Below are positions 8,947 to 19,233 of a stretch of 64,000 nt of DNA, in pieces. The stretch is from Vitreimonas sp. (GTDB lineage Bacteria; Patescibacteriota; Microgenomatia; UBA1400; PJMF01): assembly GCA_035627515.1 (NCBI GenBank), contig DASPLQ010000012.1, positions 970,331-1,034,330 of the forward strand, given 5' to 3'. Under the pieces are notes generated by a model, which saw only the letters and a list, made by a program, of their open reading frames with translations, did no database searches and had not been told where the DNA came from. Every line of letters begins with the position of its first letter. Within the stretch, counting starts at the first letter, position 1. The position numbers and the translations under genes were made by a program.

Positions 8947-9666
8947 ATGAAAGGTATTATTTTAGCTGGTGGCTCTGGGACGCGTTTGCGACCTCTCACC
9001 AAAGTCACTAGTAAACAGTTACTGCCCATTTACAACAAGCCCATGATTTTTTATCCGTTGGAAACGTTGTTGACGGCCGGTATCAAGGATATCTTAATCA
9101 TAGTGGCTCCAGATCATGCCGGTGACTTTTTGAAGTTACTAGGTAGTGGCAAAGAATTCGGCTGCAAATTCACCTATGAAATTCAAGATAAACCTGAAGG
9201 TTTAGCTCAGGCTTTTATTATTGGTGAAAATTTTATTGGTAATGATTCCGTGACCCTCATTTTAGGGGATAATGTTTTCGAAGATAATTTTTCTGAGGCA
9301 ATTACTGGTTTCCAACGCGGTGGCCGTATTTTTGCTAAGAAAGTCAGTGACCCAGAGCGGTTTGGTGTGGTGGAGTTTGATGAAAATACCAAGGCTATTT
9401 CTATTGAAGAAAAACCAGCTCAACCCAAATCAAATTACGCAGTCACTGGTTTGTATATTTATGACAATACTGTGGTTCAAAAAGCTCGTAATCTTCAGCC
9501 TTCCCCTCGTGGTGAGTTAGAAATTACTGATCTGAACAATGTCTATCTTCGGGAGGGTTCGTTAGATGTCGCTTTTGTAGAAGGTAAATGGTTAGACACT
9601 GGGACCTTTGAATCATTATTTGAAGCCATTGCCTTTGCGCGCGAAAAAGAACTCGTAAAAGCTTAA
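8947..9666 (+). CDS. rmlA: Glucose-1-phosphate thymidylyltransferase, short RmlA/SpsI type
   Basis: [51 protein letters not shown]. Confidence 0.9.
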   Translation: MKGIILAGGSGTRLRPLTKVTSKQLLPIYNKPMIFYPLETLLTAGIKDILIIVAPDHAGDFLKLLGSGKEFGCKFTYEIQDKPEGLAQAFIIGENFIGNDSVTLILGDNVFEDNFSEAITGFQRGGRIFAKKVSDPERFGVVEFDENTKAISIEEKPAQPKSNYAVTGLYIYDNTVVQKARNLQPSPRGELEITDLNNVYLREGSLDVAFVEGKWLDTGTFESLFEAIAFAREKELVKA

Positions 9667-9678
9667 CAGTAACCAAGC

Positions 9679-10605
9679 ATGTCAATAAGTGGTCGAGCCC
9701 TTATTATCATTTTTTTGCTGGGAACCTTAGTGGTGCTGCCTTCTGTAGCTGTCGTTGAAGCGCAATCTTTGTTTCAGCCCCCACAATCAAGTGTAGCTCC
9801 AGCTGAGATTGAAGAAACGCCTCCGCCAATTGAAACTACTGAAGAACTCCCCAGTGATGGGGTGATTGGGGAACGACAGGAATATAAAGCTCAACTGACT
9901 GAGTTAAATGGTACCTATCGGACCCAACTAGAGAAATACCGCAACTTAGAACGTCAATTTGACGTCACTAAAGGTCAGTGGCAAAAAGTGGGCTCATTGG
10001 GTTCATTAGAGGCAGCGGTGAAAGCTACCAAAGAAGTGATGATCGCTCGGTCAGAAGTCTTGACCACGTATTTGACGTTACTTCGCTTGGAAGTCTTACA
10101 AACCACTGGTATTAATGTCATTCAGAAAGAAGCGCTCCTTTCCGATCTGGATGGAGTAATGGTGGTGCTAGCTGCTCATCAAGAGAAACTCCAAAACATT
10201 GCTAGTCGCAATGAAGTAAATGCTCAAGTGGCCGAGTTTGTGTCAGTTAAAAAAGAAGTGGAGCGCGTTAGTTACACAGCCTTGACGCTATTGGAAGTGG
10301 GACGGTTGCAAGCAGTTTACGACAAGCTCAATGATTTGACTGGTGACATCCGGGAAAACACTCAGGCCAACAGTGATGAAAACAATGCCTTAGTAATTGC
10401 TCAACAACAGCGCGCACTGGATGAAATCCAAACCAAACTTGATGAAGTCCACACCGAGTTACAAGAAATTACGGCTTTTACTGATAAGAGCTCTGATCGG
10501 GAGAGTAAATCTGTTAACGATACTGTCAGTCGCGATTTAAATAAAGTGTATACCGGCCTTTCCCAAGCGGTGGGATTTTTGCGTGAGTTTTTAGGAGTCA
10601 ATTAA
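9679..10605 (+). CDS. Secreted helical/coiled-coil hypothetical protein
   Basis: Signal peptide, then heptad-rich helical sequence. Confidence 0.75.
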   Translation: MSISGRALIIIFLLGTLVVLPSVAVVEAQSLFQPPQSSVAPAEIEETPPPIETTEELPSDGVIGERQEYKAQLTELNGTYRTQLEKYRNLERQFDVTKGQWQKVGSLGSLEAAVKATKEVMIARSEVLTTYLTLLRLEVLQTTGINVIQKEALLSDLDGVMVVLAAHQEKLQNIASRNEVNAQVAEFVSVKKEVERVSYTALTLLEVGRLQAVYDKLNDLTGDIRENTQANSDENNALVIAQQQRALDEIQTKLDEVHTELQEITAFTDKSSDRESKSVNDTVSRDLNKVYTGLSQAVGFLREFLGVN

Positions 10606-11006
10606 TGGCTAATTCAGAACTATCAGAACGACTAGATCAAACTAATTTTGGCTATGAAAAGCCGATTTTTGAAAATGAGCCTCGGATTGTTGATCCTCAC
10701 GCCGTGGTGGCTCCACCCGCGCCCCCTCAGCCTTGGTACAAGCGCCCTTTGGTTTTGGTAGGCATTGCCGGAGGCAGCTTGCTATTTCTCATTCTCATTT
10801 TAATACTCGTTTACATGCCCAAACCTCAATTACCAATCAACTCCATCACGCCTTTTCAACCCACTCAAACTGACACTCAACCGAGTGAGTTTGAGACGCG
10901 CTTAGACCAGGCTAGTCAAGATTTAGAAGCTGCAGATCCCACTCGTCCCACCTTACCTTTCCCTGTGGTCAATCTTGATTTACAATTAGAGAATGTTACA
11001 GAGTAG
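10605..11006 (+). CDS. Single-TM hypothetical protein
   Basis: Start overlaps the upstream stop; central TM helix. Confidence 0.7.
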   Translation: MANSELSERLDQTNFGYEKPIFENEPRIVDPHAVVAPPAPPQPWYKRPLVLVGIAGGSLLFLILILILVYMPKPQLPINSITPFQPTQTDTQPSEFETRLDQASQDLEAADPTRPTLPFPVVNLDLQLENVTE

Positions 11007-11412
11007 TTTATGCATTGCCTTGGGGCTGATTTCAATCCTGGTGTTTGTAGTGGCCCTCACTAAAAGTAGACGGGGTCAATTTTATTCAGACACGCCGGCT
11101 TTATTTCCGTTGGGTATTTTTGTGTGGGGTGATGCCTTGGCTTTGGCACCTTTTTGGTTGGTAGCAGCGATCATTTTTTGGTGGCTGGAACCAGTGATGA
11201 TTGCACGTTTATTATGTGTCTTTTTTGCCATTCGAGCAGCATATGAAGTCGTGTATTGGATTAATCACCAGGTGGCACATCGTGATTACTGCCCACCCAT
11301 GTTTCGGCAGGTAAAATGGCTCGGTGCTAACGAAGCCGCCATTTTATATCAACTCATGAACATGCTCCAAGTGATTGTAGCCTTGGGTTTGATGATCATG
11401 ACGTATAATTAA
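10993..11412 (+). CDS. Hypothetical membrane protein
   Basis: Overlaps the upstream ORF; 3-4 hydrophobic helices. Confidence 0.7.
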   Translation: MLQSSLCIALGLISILVFVVALTKSRRGQFYSDTPALFPLGIFVWGDALALAPFWLVAAIIFWWLEPVMIARLLCVFFAIRAAYEVVYWINHQVAHRDYCPPMFRQVKWLGANEAAILYQLMNMLQVIVALGLMIMTYN

Positions 11413-11417
11413 TAACT

Positions 11418-12740
11418 ATGATAATGACTGACCAAGAGCGATTTGAAAGAGACAGATATACTGGCCAGGGAAGTTTTAGTTTAAGACAGCCAATAACTAA
11501 TCAGGTCGCAGAAATTTTCAAGGGTAAACCGAGTGAGTTAACTGAGCCCGAAAAACCTTCAACAAACGAAGCTGTTAATGCCTTGGCTGCGGCTATTGTC
11601 CAATTACCGCCTGAAGCACGCTTGAAAGCCCTTGAGGATGCTATTAGTGATTTAAAAAAACAAGTCGAAACTTCATTAATACAAGAAACGAAACCAGATG
11701 TTATTGAAGCCAAGCCAGTGGCATATCTCACTAAAGAAGTAGAACAAATTGTACCAGTCACTTTCAAACTTTATTTCTATGGTAAAACCATATACACGCA
11801 GCATAGAGCTGTTCATGATTGGGGTTCTATTCCCAAGAGCGACACAGTACAAAGTGCATATAGAAGATTAAGTGAGATGTATTTCCCTTTTAATAAAAGT
11901 GATCCTCAAGATGTAAATTTACTACGACAATGGACAGAAAAAGCCGGCAGATTACCATTAATTGGTGTGTTAAGAAATGACGCTAATATTGAAATTGGTA
12001 AGTGGTTTATGAGTCGTGATGCAGATAAAGAGGATTTAAAAAAGTTTTCGGGTGATTTGGAAACCGTGCCCTTTTTAGAGTTAATTGATCGGGCTACAAA
12101 TCCTGAGACGCACCTATTTATAATAAATAACAAAGTCATCGTCATTACTACTTTTACGTATTTAGAAGGATTGGGACATCCCGATGAAAGAAGAGTCACT
12201 TCCTCCTTTATTGTTCGAGAGTCTAGTTTAGAAGATGCTAAGAATTCACTCGAAAAAAATGGCTGTTTTATTGCGTTGCCAACCAATGGTCCTTTCATCC
12301 CTTCAGACAACTTTCAAACGGGGCAACTATCTGGTTCTAATCAAGTCACGATTTGTCCTCGACCTGAGCAGTTATTTAAACGACCGAAACCAGCCACTAA
12401 TATGAGGGTTTTATCGGGATGGTTGTCAAATCAAGAAAATAATAAACAGGCTTGTATGTTACAAGGATCTGAGGCCTTATCAAGTTTAGAGCAACGCATG
12501 ATGATCGATGAACTATTACGTGAATTACTGCTATCCCAAAATCCCATTAAAAGTGACCTCTTTATTTCATCACGTCAGACTGGGCAACTCATAACTTTGA
12601 AAAGAATTGTTAGCGCTACTAGCGGTGAACAAATTGACTTAAATGAACTAAAAAGTATTCACCTCCAAACACCCTCTTTTGCCGGGAAGCGTGAGGATGA
12701 TCTCAAATCCGAGGCTTACTCTGCCTCGTTCAACGTTTAG
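11418..12740 (+). CDS. Hypothetical protein (AT-richer orphan)
   Basis: 440-aa ORF; TATAAT 8 nt before the ATG; no recognisable motif. Confidence 0.7.
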   Translation: MIMTDQERFERDRYTGQGSFSLRQPITNQVAEIFKGKPSELTEPEKPSTNEAVNALAAAIVQLPPEARLKALEDAISDLKKQVETSLIQETKPDVIEAKPVAYLTKEVEQIVPVTFKLYFYGKTIYTQHRAVHDWGSIPKSDTVQSAYRRLSEMYFPFNKSDPQDVNLLRQWTEKAGRLPLIGVLRNDANIEIGKWFMSRDADKEDLKKFSGDLETVPFLELIDRATNPETHLFIINNKVIVITTFTYLEGLGHPDERRVTSSFIVRESSLEDAKNSLEKNGCFIALPTNGPFIPSDNFQTGQLSGSNQVTICPRPEQLFKRPKPATNMRVLSGWLSNQENNKQACMLQGSEALSSLEQRMMIDELLRELLLSQNPIKSDLFISSRQTGQLITLKRIVSATSGEQIDLNELKSIHLQTPSFAGKREDDLKSEAYSASFNV

Positions 12741-13614
12741 AAATAATTTGAACCCGAGGGCGGCTCATTTCCCACATTACCAAGACTGCCAAGATCCAGA
12801 ACGTGAGTGAGAGTAACGGAAATTGATGATTGCCATAGAGCCAGAGGCTGATTTGGTTGAGGAACTCTGCGACCACTAAAAAATGAAGTGCCAGTTGCAA
12901 GACTTTCATAAAGCTAATTCTCGAGCCATTAAGTTTCAGTAACAAAAAGATCAGTAGCGTGTCACTAAAAATCAAAATCAGGCGACTGATAAGTATCCAT
13001 AAACCTAAGATGAAAGGTGTGATCCATATCCAGTAAGGTTTTAATGAGTGGTGGAACTGAGTGATATGAGTGGCATACATTGAGAAATTATCGGCTGTGA
13101 TGGTGAAATCTTTGTCAAATCCAGGCAGTCTTGTCAGAGGCAGTTCCGCCCATTGGCCATCCACATTTAGAGAATATAGCAATGTCGGTGTCACTGCCAA
13201 CATACTACTGGTAGGTAAGGTAGTAGCAGCAGTGGTAGGGTCAAATTCTTGATTAAAAATATACGCAATTGAACTTGGTAACTCTAGTTCTGTCCGCATA
13301 CTCTCGGTAATAAATGAAGGAAATCTGATTTGCACCGGGCTAGAAGACGTGTGTGATAAACGTTGATTCTGCCAATTAACTGCTAGCTCTCTGGGGAAGT
13401 GTTGTTTGGTTTCCTCAAGGGCTCGAGTCAGGTAAGTGTCAATTTGGGGAAGTTCTCGCATCAGAAAAAAGCCGGTACGAGACAGCGTGAAAAAAACAAA
13501 GGCTATCATAAAAAACCGCAACGAGAACCAAAACGGGGCGCGGATAATGTCTCGGTAGTAAGCTAGGGAAGTGAGGCTCTGAGATAAAACATGCCAAAAG
13601 GTGTGCGGTCGCAT
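12730..13614 (-). CDS. Membrane protein, DUF1189-like
   Basis: N-terminal TM helix, soluble domain, 3 C-terminal TM helices. Confidence 0.65.
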   Translation of the reverse strand: MRPHTFWHVLSQSLTSLAYYRDIIRAPFWFSLRFFMIAFVFFTLSRTGFFLMRELPQIDTYLTRALEETKQHFPRELAVNWQNQRLSHTSSSPVQIRFPSFITESMRTELELPSSIAYIFNQEFDPTTAATTLPTSSMLAVTPTLLYSLNVDGQWAELPLTRLPGFDKDFTITADNFSMYATHITQFHHSLKPYWIWITPFILGLWILISRLILIFSDTLLIFLLLKLNGSRISFMKVLQLALHFLVVAEFLNQISLWLYGNHQFPLLSLTFWILAVLVMWEMSRPRVQIISKR

Positions 13615-13705
13615 TTCTGGAGTATATCATGATTTGACCTCTGGCTTTAAATAGCTGCCCACATTAGCTGAGGATTTGTTAGAATACTGTAGATAAAGGA
13701 GGGCT

Positions 13706-14260
13706 ATGGCATTCGATTTTACACAGTTTCAGACGCAAGCTCAAAAAGCACTTGATCACTTTAAACAAGAATTAGCAACCTTACGCACTGGTCGTGCGCA
13801 CTCCCAATTACTGGATAGCGTTCGCGTAGATGCCTATGGTACTAAGATGATGATCAATGAGGTCGCCAATGTCTCGGTGCCGGATTCTAATCTTTTGACT
13901 GTCACCCCTTGGGACAAGAGTCTTTTGTCTGCTATTGAAAAGGCTATTGCCAGTGCGGGGATTAACTTGAATCCCGTCGTTGATGGCGACATGATCCGTA
14001 TCGTGGTGCCGGCTTTGACTGAAGAACGTCGTAAAGAAATGGTCAAAGTCCTTCACCAAAAGGCAGAAAGTGTGCGGGTGATGTTACGCAGTGTTCGCAC
14101 TGATACTAAGAAAGACATCGAGAAACAAAAAGGTACTTCTGGAGTGAGTGAAGATGACATTAAAAAAGAGGTTGAAACTCTAGAGAAAAAAACTAAAGAG
14201 TTTTTGGATCAAGTTGATCAGCTCGTGACTGTCAAAGAAAAAGATTTATTAACTGTATAG
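13706..14260 (+). CDS. frr: Ribosome recycling factor
   Basis: LRTGRA, VDAYG, PWDKS, LNP, PALTEERRKEMVK. Confidence 0.97.
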   Translation: MAFDFTQFQTQAQKALDHFKQELATLRTGRAHSQLLDSVRVDAYGTKMMINEVANVSVPDSNLLTVTPWDKSLLSAIEKAIASAGINLNPVVDGDMIRIVVPALTEERRKEMVKVLHQKAESVRVMLRSVRTDTKKDIEKQKGTSGVSEDDIKKEVETLEKKTKEFLDQVDQLVTVKEKDLLTV

Positions 14261-14261
14261 T

Positions 14262-15413
14262 ATGACCTTTATTATTTTTGCCCTGATTTTGTCATTCTTA
14301 GTTCTGATTCATGAACTAGGTCATTTTTTGGCAGCCAAATGGGCCAAGATCCGCGTGGAAGAGTTTGGGTTAGGGTATCCGCCCAAAGCCTTAGTGCTGT
14401 TTAAAAAATGGGGCACTGTTTTTACGCTGAATTGGTTGCCTTTTGGCGGCTTTGTGAGAATGGAAGGTGAAGACGGGGAAGATAGTGGAGCTCTAGAATT
14501 GAGTGTCAAACCACCTCAAAGAAATAAAAAGGGCATTGTGCTCGACGAGCGAGGGGAAGCAGCTTTTTTTGAGCGCTCAGCTCTAGAGCGGATGGTGGTT
14601 ATTTTAGCTGGTGCCACCACCAATTTAGTCTTTGGTGTGCTCGCCTTTGCGATCGTTTTTTGTATTTTAGGTATTCCTTCTGGAGCCATCATTGATCAAG
14701 TGGCACCAGGGTCCCCGGCTGCCGCCGCTGGGATTACTCCCGCTGTAGCTGTGATTGGTTTCAGGCACCAAGGTCAGGTGACTAATACTGGTAGTACCTT
14801 GGAAATTATTCAATTTGTGGAAAACCATCGTGGGCAAAATGTGACAGTGATTACTACTGGACCCTGTCAAAATTATGTCTGTGAAAATGAGATTAAAGAA
14901 TTTAATAGTTACTTACGCACCAAAGATGAAACGCCAGCTGAGCAAGGTTCACTGGGGCTCGCTTTCAAAGGTGAGTTCTTTAAGTTTTATCCGTGGTATG
15001 AGATGCCTCTGCGTGGCTCATGGTATGGTTTTAATGAAGCACTCAAGTTGGGTCAGCAGATTTTATTAGCACTCAAGACACTGGGGACGCGTTTAGTCCA
15101 AGTCCAGCTCCCAGAAGAGATTGCTGGTCCGGTGGGCATTGTGGATCAAGCCGCTGAAAGTGGTTTATTTCAACAAGGACCGCTGGCGTTGTTATTTTTT
15201 GCAGGCATGTTATCTATCAACTTGGGAATCATGAACCTATTGCCTATTCCCGCTTTGGATGGTGGTCGAGCCGTGTTTATCATTCTAGAAAAAGTAATTG
15301 GTAGAGAAAAAATGGGCAATTTTGAGTACTACGCTAACTATGGTGGCTTTGTGTTCCTAGTCGCCTTGATTATGGTGATTACAGCCCGAGACATTTGGAG
15401 AATTTTTACTTAA
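14262..15413 (+). CDS. rseP: RseP-like M50 intramembrane zinc metalloprotease with PDZ domain
   Basis: HELGH, LPFGGFVRMEG, NLLPIPALDGG. Confidence 0.93.
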   Translation: MTFIIFALILSFLVLIHELGHFLAAKWAKIRVEEFGLGYPPKALVLFKKWGTVFTLNWLPFGGFVRMEGEDGEDSGALELSVKPPQRNKKGIVLDERGEAAFFERSALERMVVILAGATTNLVFGVLAFAIVFCILGIPSGAIIDQVAPGSPAAAAGITPAVAVIGFRHQGQVTNTGSTLEIIQFVENHRGQNVTVITTGPCQNYVCENEIKEFNSYLRTKDETPAEQGSLGLAFKGEFFKFYPWYEMPLRGSWYGFNEALKLGQQILLALKTLGTRLVQVQLPEEIAGPVGIVDQAAESGLFQQGPLALLFFAGMLSINLGIMNLLPIPALDGGRAVFIILEKVIGREKMGNFEYYANYGGFVFLVALIMVITARDIWRIFT

Positions 15414-15450
15414 TTATTCACATATTTCAGCCAGCTGGCGGACTTAACCT

Positions 15451-15720
15451 ATGCCAAAACGCACTAAAGCTCAAAAACTCAAAACCGCTCAACGCCGAGA
15501 ACACGTGGGCGCTTCAGAAACATCTTTTCAATGGCAAGCTGCTCAGCCAATGACGAGTAAACCAGTTGTTTCGTCTACAGTTTCTCCCAATCGCTTTCAA
15601 TTAGGTGAAGGTTTTTTTGGCTATTCACCAAGCTTGATCTGGGACGATTTGCGCAAAACAGTCATAGTAGTGAGCTTTGTTTTGGGACTGTTGGCAGTAA
15701 TTACTTGGTACATTCAGTAA
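15451..15720 (+). CDS. Small hypothetical protein with C-terminal TM helix
   Basis: Basic N-terminus; DLRKT followed by a TM helix. Confidence 0.7.
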   Translation: MPKRTKAQKLKTAQRREHVGASETSFQWQAAQPMTSKPVVSSTVSPNRFQLGEGFFGYSPSLIWDDLRKTVIVVSFVLGLLAVITWYIQ

Positions 15721-15840
15721 TTGTGGTTACAGTTTCGTAAAACCATCGCCTTGTGACAGGTGTCAGTTTTATGGTACAAATACTAGCATTGTTTTTCGAA
15801 CTCATATAATGGTCACGAGTTTGCGTTGAAAGGAACACTC

Positions 15841-17049
15841 ATGCAGAAAAAAACGTTATTAATGATTTTGGCGCTCTATATTGCTTCTTCCGCCATTTCA
15901 TATGGAGTCTTCTCATTTTTAGCTCCAGCTAAACGCTTAGTGGTGATGAATAATCAAACTGAGGATGCCCCTGTCGTAGAAGAAGAGGAAGATAACGGTT
16001 TGGAGAGTTTGCTGACTATCAATCCTTCAGAACCTAAAGATCAACCCTGTCCTTTAAACGGTCAACTTTACACTACTACTGAAAAAGCTGCTTGGGAACA
16101 AAAACGTCCTTTAGCAGTCATGATCGAAAACACACCTGATGCTCGCCCACAATCTGGCTTGGGTGATGCTGATGTAGTTTTTGAAGCTGTGGCAGAAGGT
16201 GGCATTACCCGGTTCATGGGTATGTTCTATTGTGATGTCCAAGCCTATGACACTCCTTTAGCTCCTATTCGTTCCGCTCGGGTGTACTACATGAGTTATG
16301 CAGCTGGTTTTAATCGCCCTCTGTATGTCCACGTCGGTGGCGCTAATACTCCAGGCCCAGCTGATGCTTTAGGTATTTTAGGGCAATGGGGTTGGAATGG
16401 TGAAAACGACTTGAATCAATTTTCCATTGGTTACCCAACCTTTGTCCGTGATTACAATCGTATCCCCGGTAAAGAAATTGCTACCGAACACACTATGGTT
16501 ACCAGTACTCAAAAACTCTGGGACGTGGGTGTGAAGCGTGAATGGACAAATATGTCTCCATCAATCACCGGCCGTGGTGGCAAAGTCACCCCCGGAACTG
16601 ATTGGAAAGAAGGCTTCACTGGTTGGGAGTTTGAAGATGGTCAAGCTGGTGCTGGCACCGCTCCTAAAGTTTCTTATGAATTCTGGAGTGGGTACGATGA
16701 TTACGCTGTGGAGTGGAACTATGATGCCGCTACCAATACCTACCTGCGCAGCCAAGGTGGTGAGAAACACGTTGACCTAAATAACGATCATCAAATCGGT
16801 GCTAAGAACGTAATTGTGCTCTTGACCACTGAAAAAGGCCCTATCGATGAAAAGAAGCACATGTTGTACGAAACCACTGGAACTGGTGACGCGTTACTGT
16901 TCAAAAATGGTGAAGCTACTAAGATTACTTGGAGTAAGAAGACTCACGAGTCTGAGCTGCAATTCTTGTCAGCTGGTAAACCAGTTAAACTCAATCGTGG
17001 TATGACTTGGATCTCCATTCTCGATAAGAAAGCTCAAGTCACGTACTAA
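15841..17049 (+). CDS. DUF3048 (YerB-like) membrane-anchored protein
   Basis: RPLAVMIEN..ARPQSGL..ADVVFEAVAEGGITRF, PIRSAR; ATG at 15841 preferred over TTG at 15826. Confidence 0.85.
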   Translation: MQKKTLLMILALYIASSAISYGVFSFLAPAKRLVVMNNQTEDAPVVEEEEDNGLESLLTINPSEPKDQPCPLNGQLYTTTEKAAWEQKRPLAVMIENTPDARPQSGLGDADVVFEAVAEGGITRFMGMFYCDVQAYDTPLAPIRSARVYYMSYAAGFNRPLYVHVGGANTPGPADALGILGQWGWNGENDLNQFSIGYPTFVRDYNRIPGKEIATEHTMVTSTQKLWDVGVKREWTNMSPSITGRGGKVTPGTDWKEGFTGWEFEDGQAGAGTAPKVSYEFWSGYDDYAVEWNYDAATNTYLRSQGGEKHVDLNNDHQIGAKNVIVLLTTEKGPIDEKKHMLYETTGTGDALLFKNGEATKITWSKKTHESELQFLSAGKPVKLNRGMTWISILDKKAQVTY

Positions 17050-17071
17050 GATTTCATCTGGAATTACTATC

Positions 17072-17107
17072 AAGCCCTCCGAGCTTAGCTCGGGGGGCTT
17101 TTTGTTT
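17072..17107 (+). terminator. Intrinsic terminator
   Basis: AAGCCCTCCGAGC-TTA-GCTCGGGGGGCTT followed by TTTGTTT. Confidence 0.88.
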
Positions 17108-17236
17108 AGCAGAGATAAAAGGAACTTGAATGTGGTCGCATTTATCGTTACAATTTGAGTACAGATTGTATAGAAGTTTCGGACTTTTTATTTAAGTTTT
17201 AAATGTGTAAGATAATAGACGCAGAAAGAAAGAGCT

Positions 17237-17836
17237 ATGAGTAGTCTTCAAGATTTCATGATTTCACGCGTCCGGGAACGGATGATGGAGTTGTTTTTCA
17301 CTAAACCTGATGAAATGTTTTACGTCCGGGAAATTACGCGTGCCACTAAAGAAGAAATTAATGCAGTCCGCCGTGAGCTGGACCGGATGATTAGTTACGG
17401 TCTGATCAAAAGTGAGCAACGGGGGAATCGTCTGTATTACTTTTTAAATAAAAAATACCTCTTCTTCCAAGAGTTGCAACAGATGGTCGCCAAGAGCAGC
17501 GGTTTGGGCAAGAAGATTCTCAAAGCCAAACCCAAGTTAGGCACAGTACAGTTTGTAATGTTCTCTGGTAAGTTTGTTCGTGGCTTGCGCCCTCGTCAAG
17601 ATGAAGTCGATGTCTTAGTGATTGGCGATATTGTGTTATCTGAGCTCCAGGCTTTAGTCAAGGAAGAAGAAGCCAAAATTGGCCGCGAGTTAAACTATGC
17701 GGTCTTTTCTAATGAAGAATTCACGTTCCGCAAGACTCGCCGGGATCCCTTTATTATGGACATCTTATTTGCGACCCGGGTCATGATTATTGGGAGTGAA
17801 GACGAATTTGTAGAACGTCAGGTTCCTGGCTTGTAG
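17237..17836 (+). CDS. Winged-HTH plus degenerate nucleotidyltransferase-like domain; putative regulator
   Basis: YVREITR..INAVRRELD..GLIKSEQRGNRLYY (wHTH); SGKF..DEVDVLVIG (MNT-like). Confidence 0.75.
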   Translation: MSSLQDFMISRVRERMMELFFTKPDEMFYVREITRATKEEINAVRRELDRMISYGLIKSEQRGNRLYYFLNKKYLFFQELQQMVAKSSGLGKKILKAKPKLGTVQFVMFSGKFVRGLRPRQDEVDVLVIGDIVLSELQALVKEEEAKIGRELNYAVFSNEEFTFRKTRRDPFIMDILFATRVMIIGSEDEFVERQVPGL

Positions 17837-17879
17837 TTTACTAAAAAGGGTATAAACTAATCCAATCTGCCTCCGTACT

Positions 17880-19232
17880 ATGTTTACTCACTTACGCACG
17901 TTTTTGCTGATCATTTTCTTAACCGTGGTAGCGGGCTTGATTGCGATGCCCCCAATAGTACCAATTCAATTCTCTGCTTTTGGGCGTGATTTTAATTACA
18001 CATTACCTGGCCCCAAGTTTAACTTCACTTTTTTAGGTCGGCCTATTAGTCATGAATTTGAGCTCAAACAAGGTCTGGATATTCAGGGTGGGATGCAAGT
18101 CGTACTCCAGGCTGATATGTCACAAATTCCGGTCACGGAGCGAACAAAAGCTTTAGAAGCCGCTCGAGCCATTATGTTGCGCCGGGTAGACTTATTTGGT
18201 GTCAATGAGCCTGTAGTCCAAACTTCTCAAGTCGATGATCAATATCGATTAATTGTGGAGTTAGCTGGGGTGGAGGATCCTAACCAAGCGCTGCAGCTGG
18301 TAGGAACGACAGCTGAGCTTGATTTTCGACTAGAGGCAAGCACCTCATCTGAGGCAACAGCATCGGCAATTGCGTATTTGAGTTCCTTTCAAACCAGTGG
18401 CTTAACAGGTAAAGAGCTCAAGTCAGCTGAAGTCCAGTTTGACCCTCAGACTAATGAGCCAGTGATTGCCCTCAGCTTCAATGATCAAGGCCGGGAGTTA
18501 TTTGCCGAGATTACCAAAGCCAATGTGGGCAAGGTATTAGCCATTTTTATTGATGGTTTTCCGGTGGCGATGCCGGTCATTAATACCCCCATTTTAGATG
18601 GCCAAGCGATCATGACAGGTGGTTTTGGTTTAGAAGATGCCAAACAACTGGCCATCCAGTTGCAAGCGGGCGCTTTGCCGGTGCCGGTGGAAGTGCTTGA
18701 ACAACGCACGATTGGTGCCAGCTTGGGTCAAGAATCAGTGCAACGTAGTATTAGAGCTGGAGCCATTGGGATTGGTTTAGTGATGTTGTTCATGATTTTA
18801 TATTATGGCTGGCAAGGCTTTTTAGCATCGTTGGCTTTGTGCGTCTATGCCGTGTTAACGATTGCCATTTACAAAATTCTGGGCGTGACCTTGACGTTAC
18901 CTGGTATTGCTGGGTTACTGCTGTCTATTGGTATGGCTGTGGACTCTAATATCTTAATTTTCGAACGGATGAAAGAGGAGTTGCGGATGGGGCGGTCGTT
19001 CGAACGAGCCATGGAGCTAGGGTTTGGTCGGGCTTGGGATAGTATCAAAGATGCCAACTTAGCCACCATCATGACTGCAATGATTTTGATCAATCCTTTA
19101 GATTTACAGTTTCTCAACACCAGTGGCTTAGTCCGTGGTTTTGGTATCACCTTGCTGATTGGTGTGTTAGTCAGTTTATTTACTGGTATCGTGGTGACGA
19201 GAACGCTGATGCGCTTGTTTTTGAAAGGCTAA
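17880..19232 (+). CDS. secD: Protein translocase subunit SecD
   Basis: GLDIQGG, RRVDLFGVNEP, AGALPVP, LPGIAG, GMAVDSNILIFER. Confidence 0.96.
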   Translation: MFTHLRTFLLIIFLTVVAGLIAMPPIVPIQFSAFGRDFNYTLPGPKFNFTFLGRPISHEFELKQGLDIQGGMQVVLQADMSQIPVTERTKALEAARAIMLRRVDLFGVNEPVVQTSQVDDQYRLIVELAGVEDPNQALQLVGTTAELDFRLEASTSSEATASAIAYLSSFQTSGLTGKELKSAEVQFDPQTNEPVIALSFNDQGRELFAEITKANVGKVLAIFIDGFPVAMPVINTPILDGQAIMTGGFGLEDAKQLAIQLQAGALPVPVEVLEQRTIGASLGQESVQRSIRAGAIGIGLVMLFMILYYGWQGFLASLALCVYAVLTIAIYKILGVTLTLPGIAGLLLSIGMAVDSNILIFERMKEELRMGRSFERAMELGFGRAWDSIKDANLATIMTAMILINPLDLQFLNTSGLVRGFGITLLIGVLVSLFTGIVVTRTLMRLFLKG

Positions 19233-19233
19233 T

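Noticed and set aside
17237-17836. MNT-HEPN toxin-antitoxin pair
   Set aside because: No adjacent HEPN gene, and the catalytic motif is degenerate
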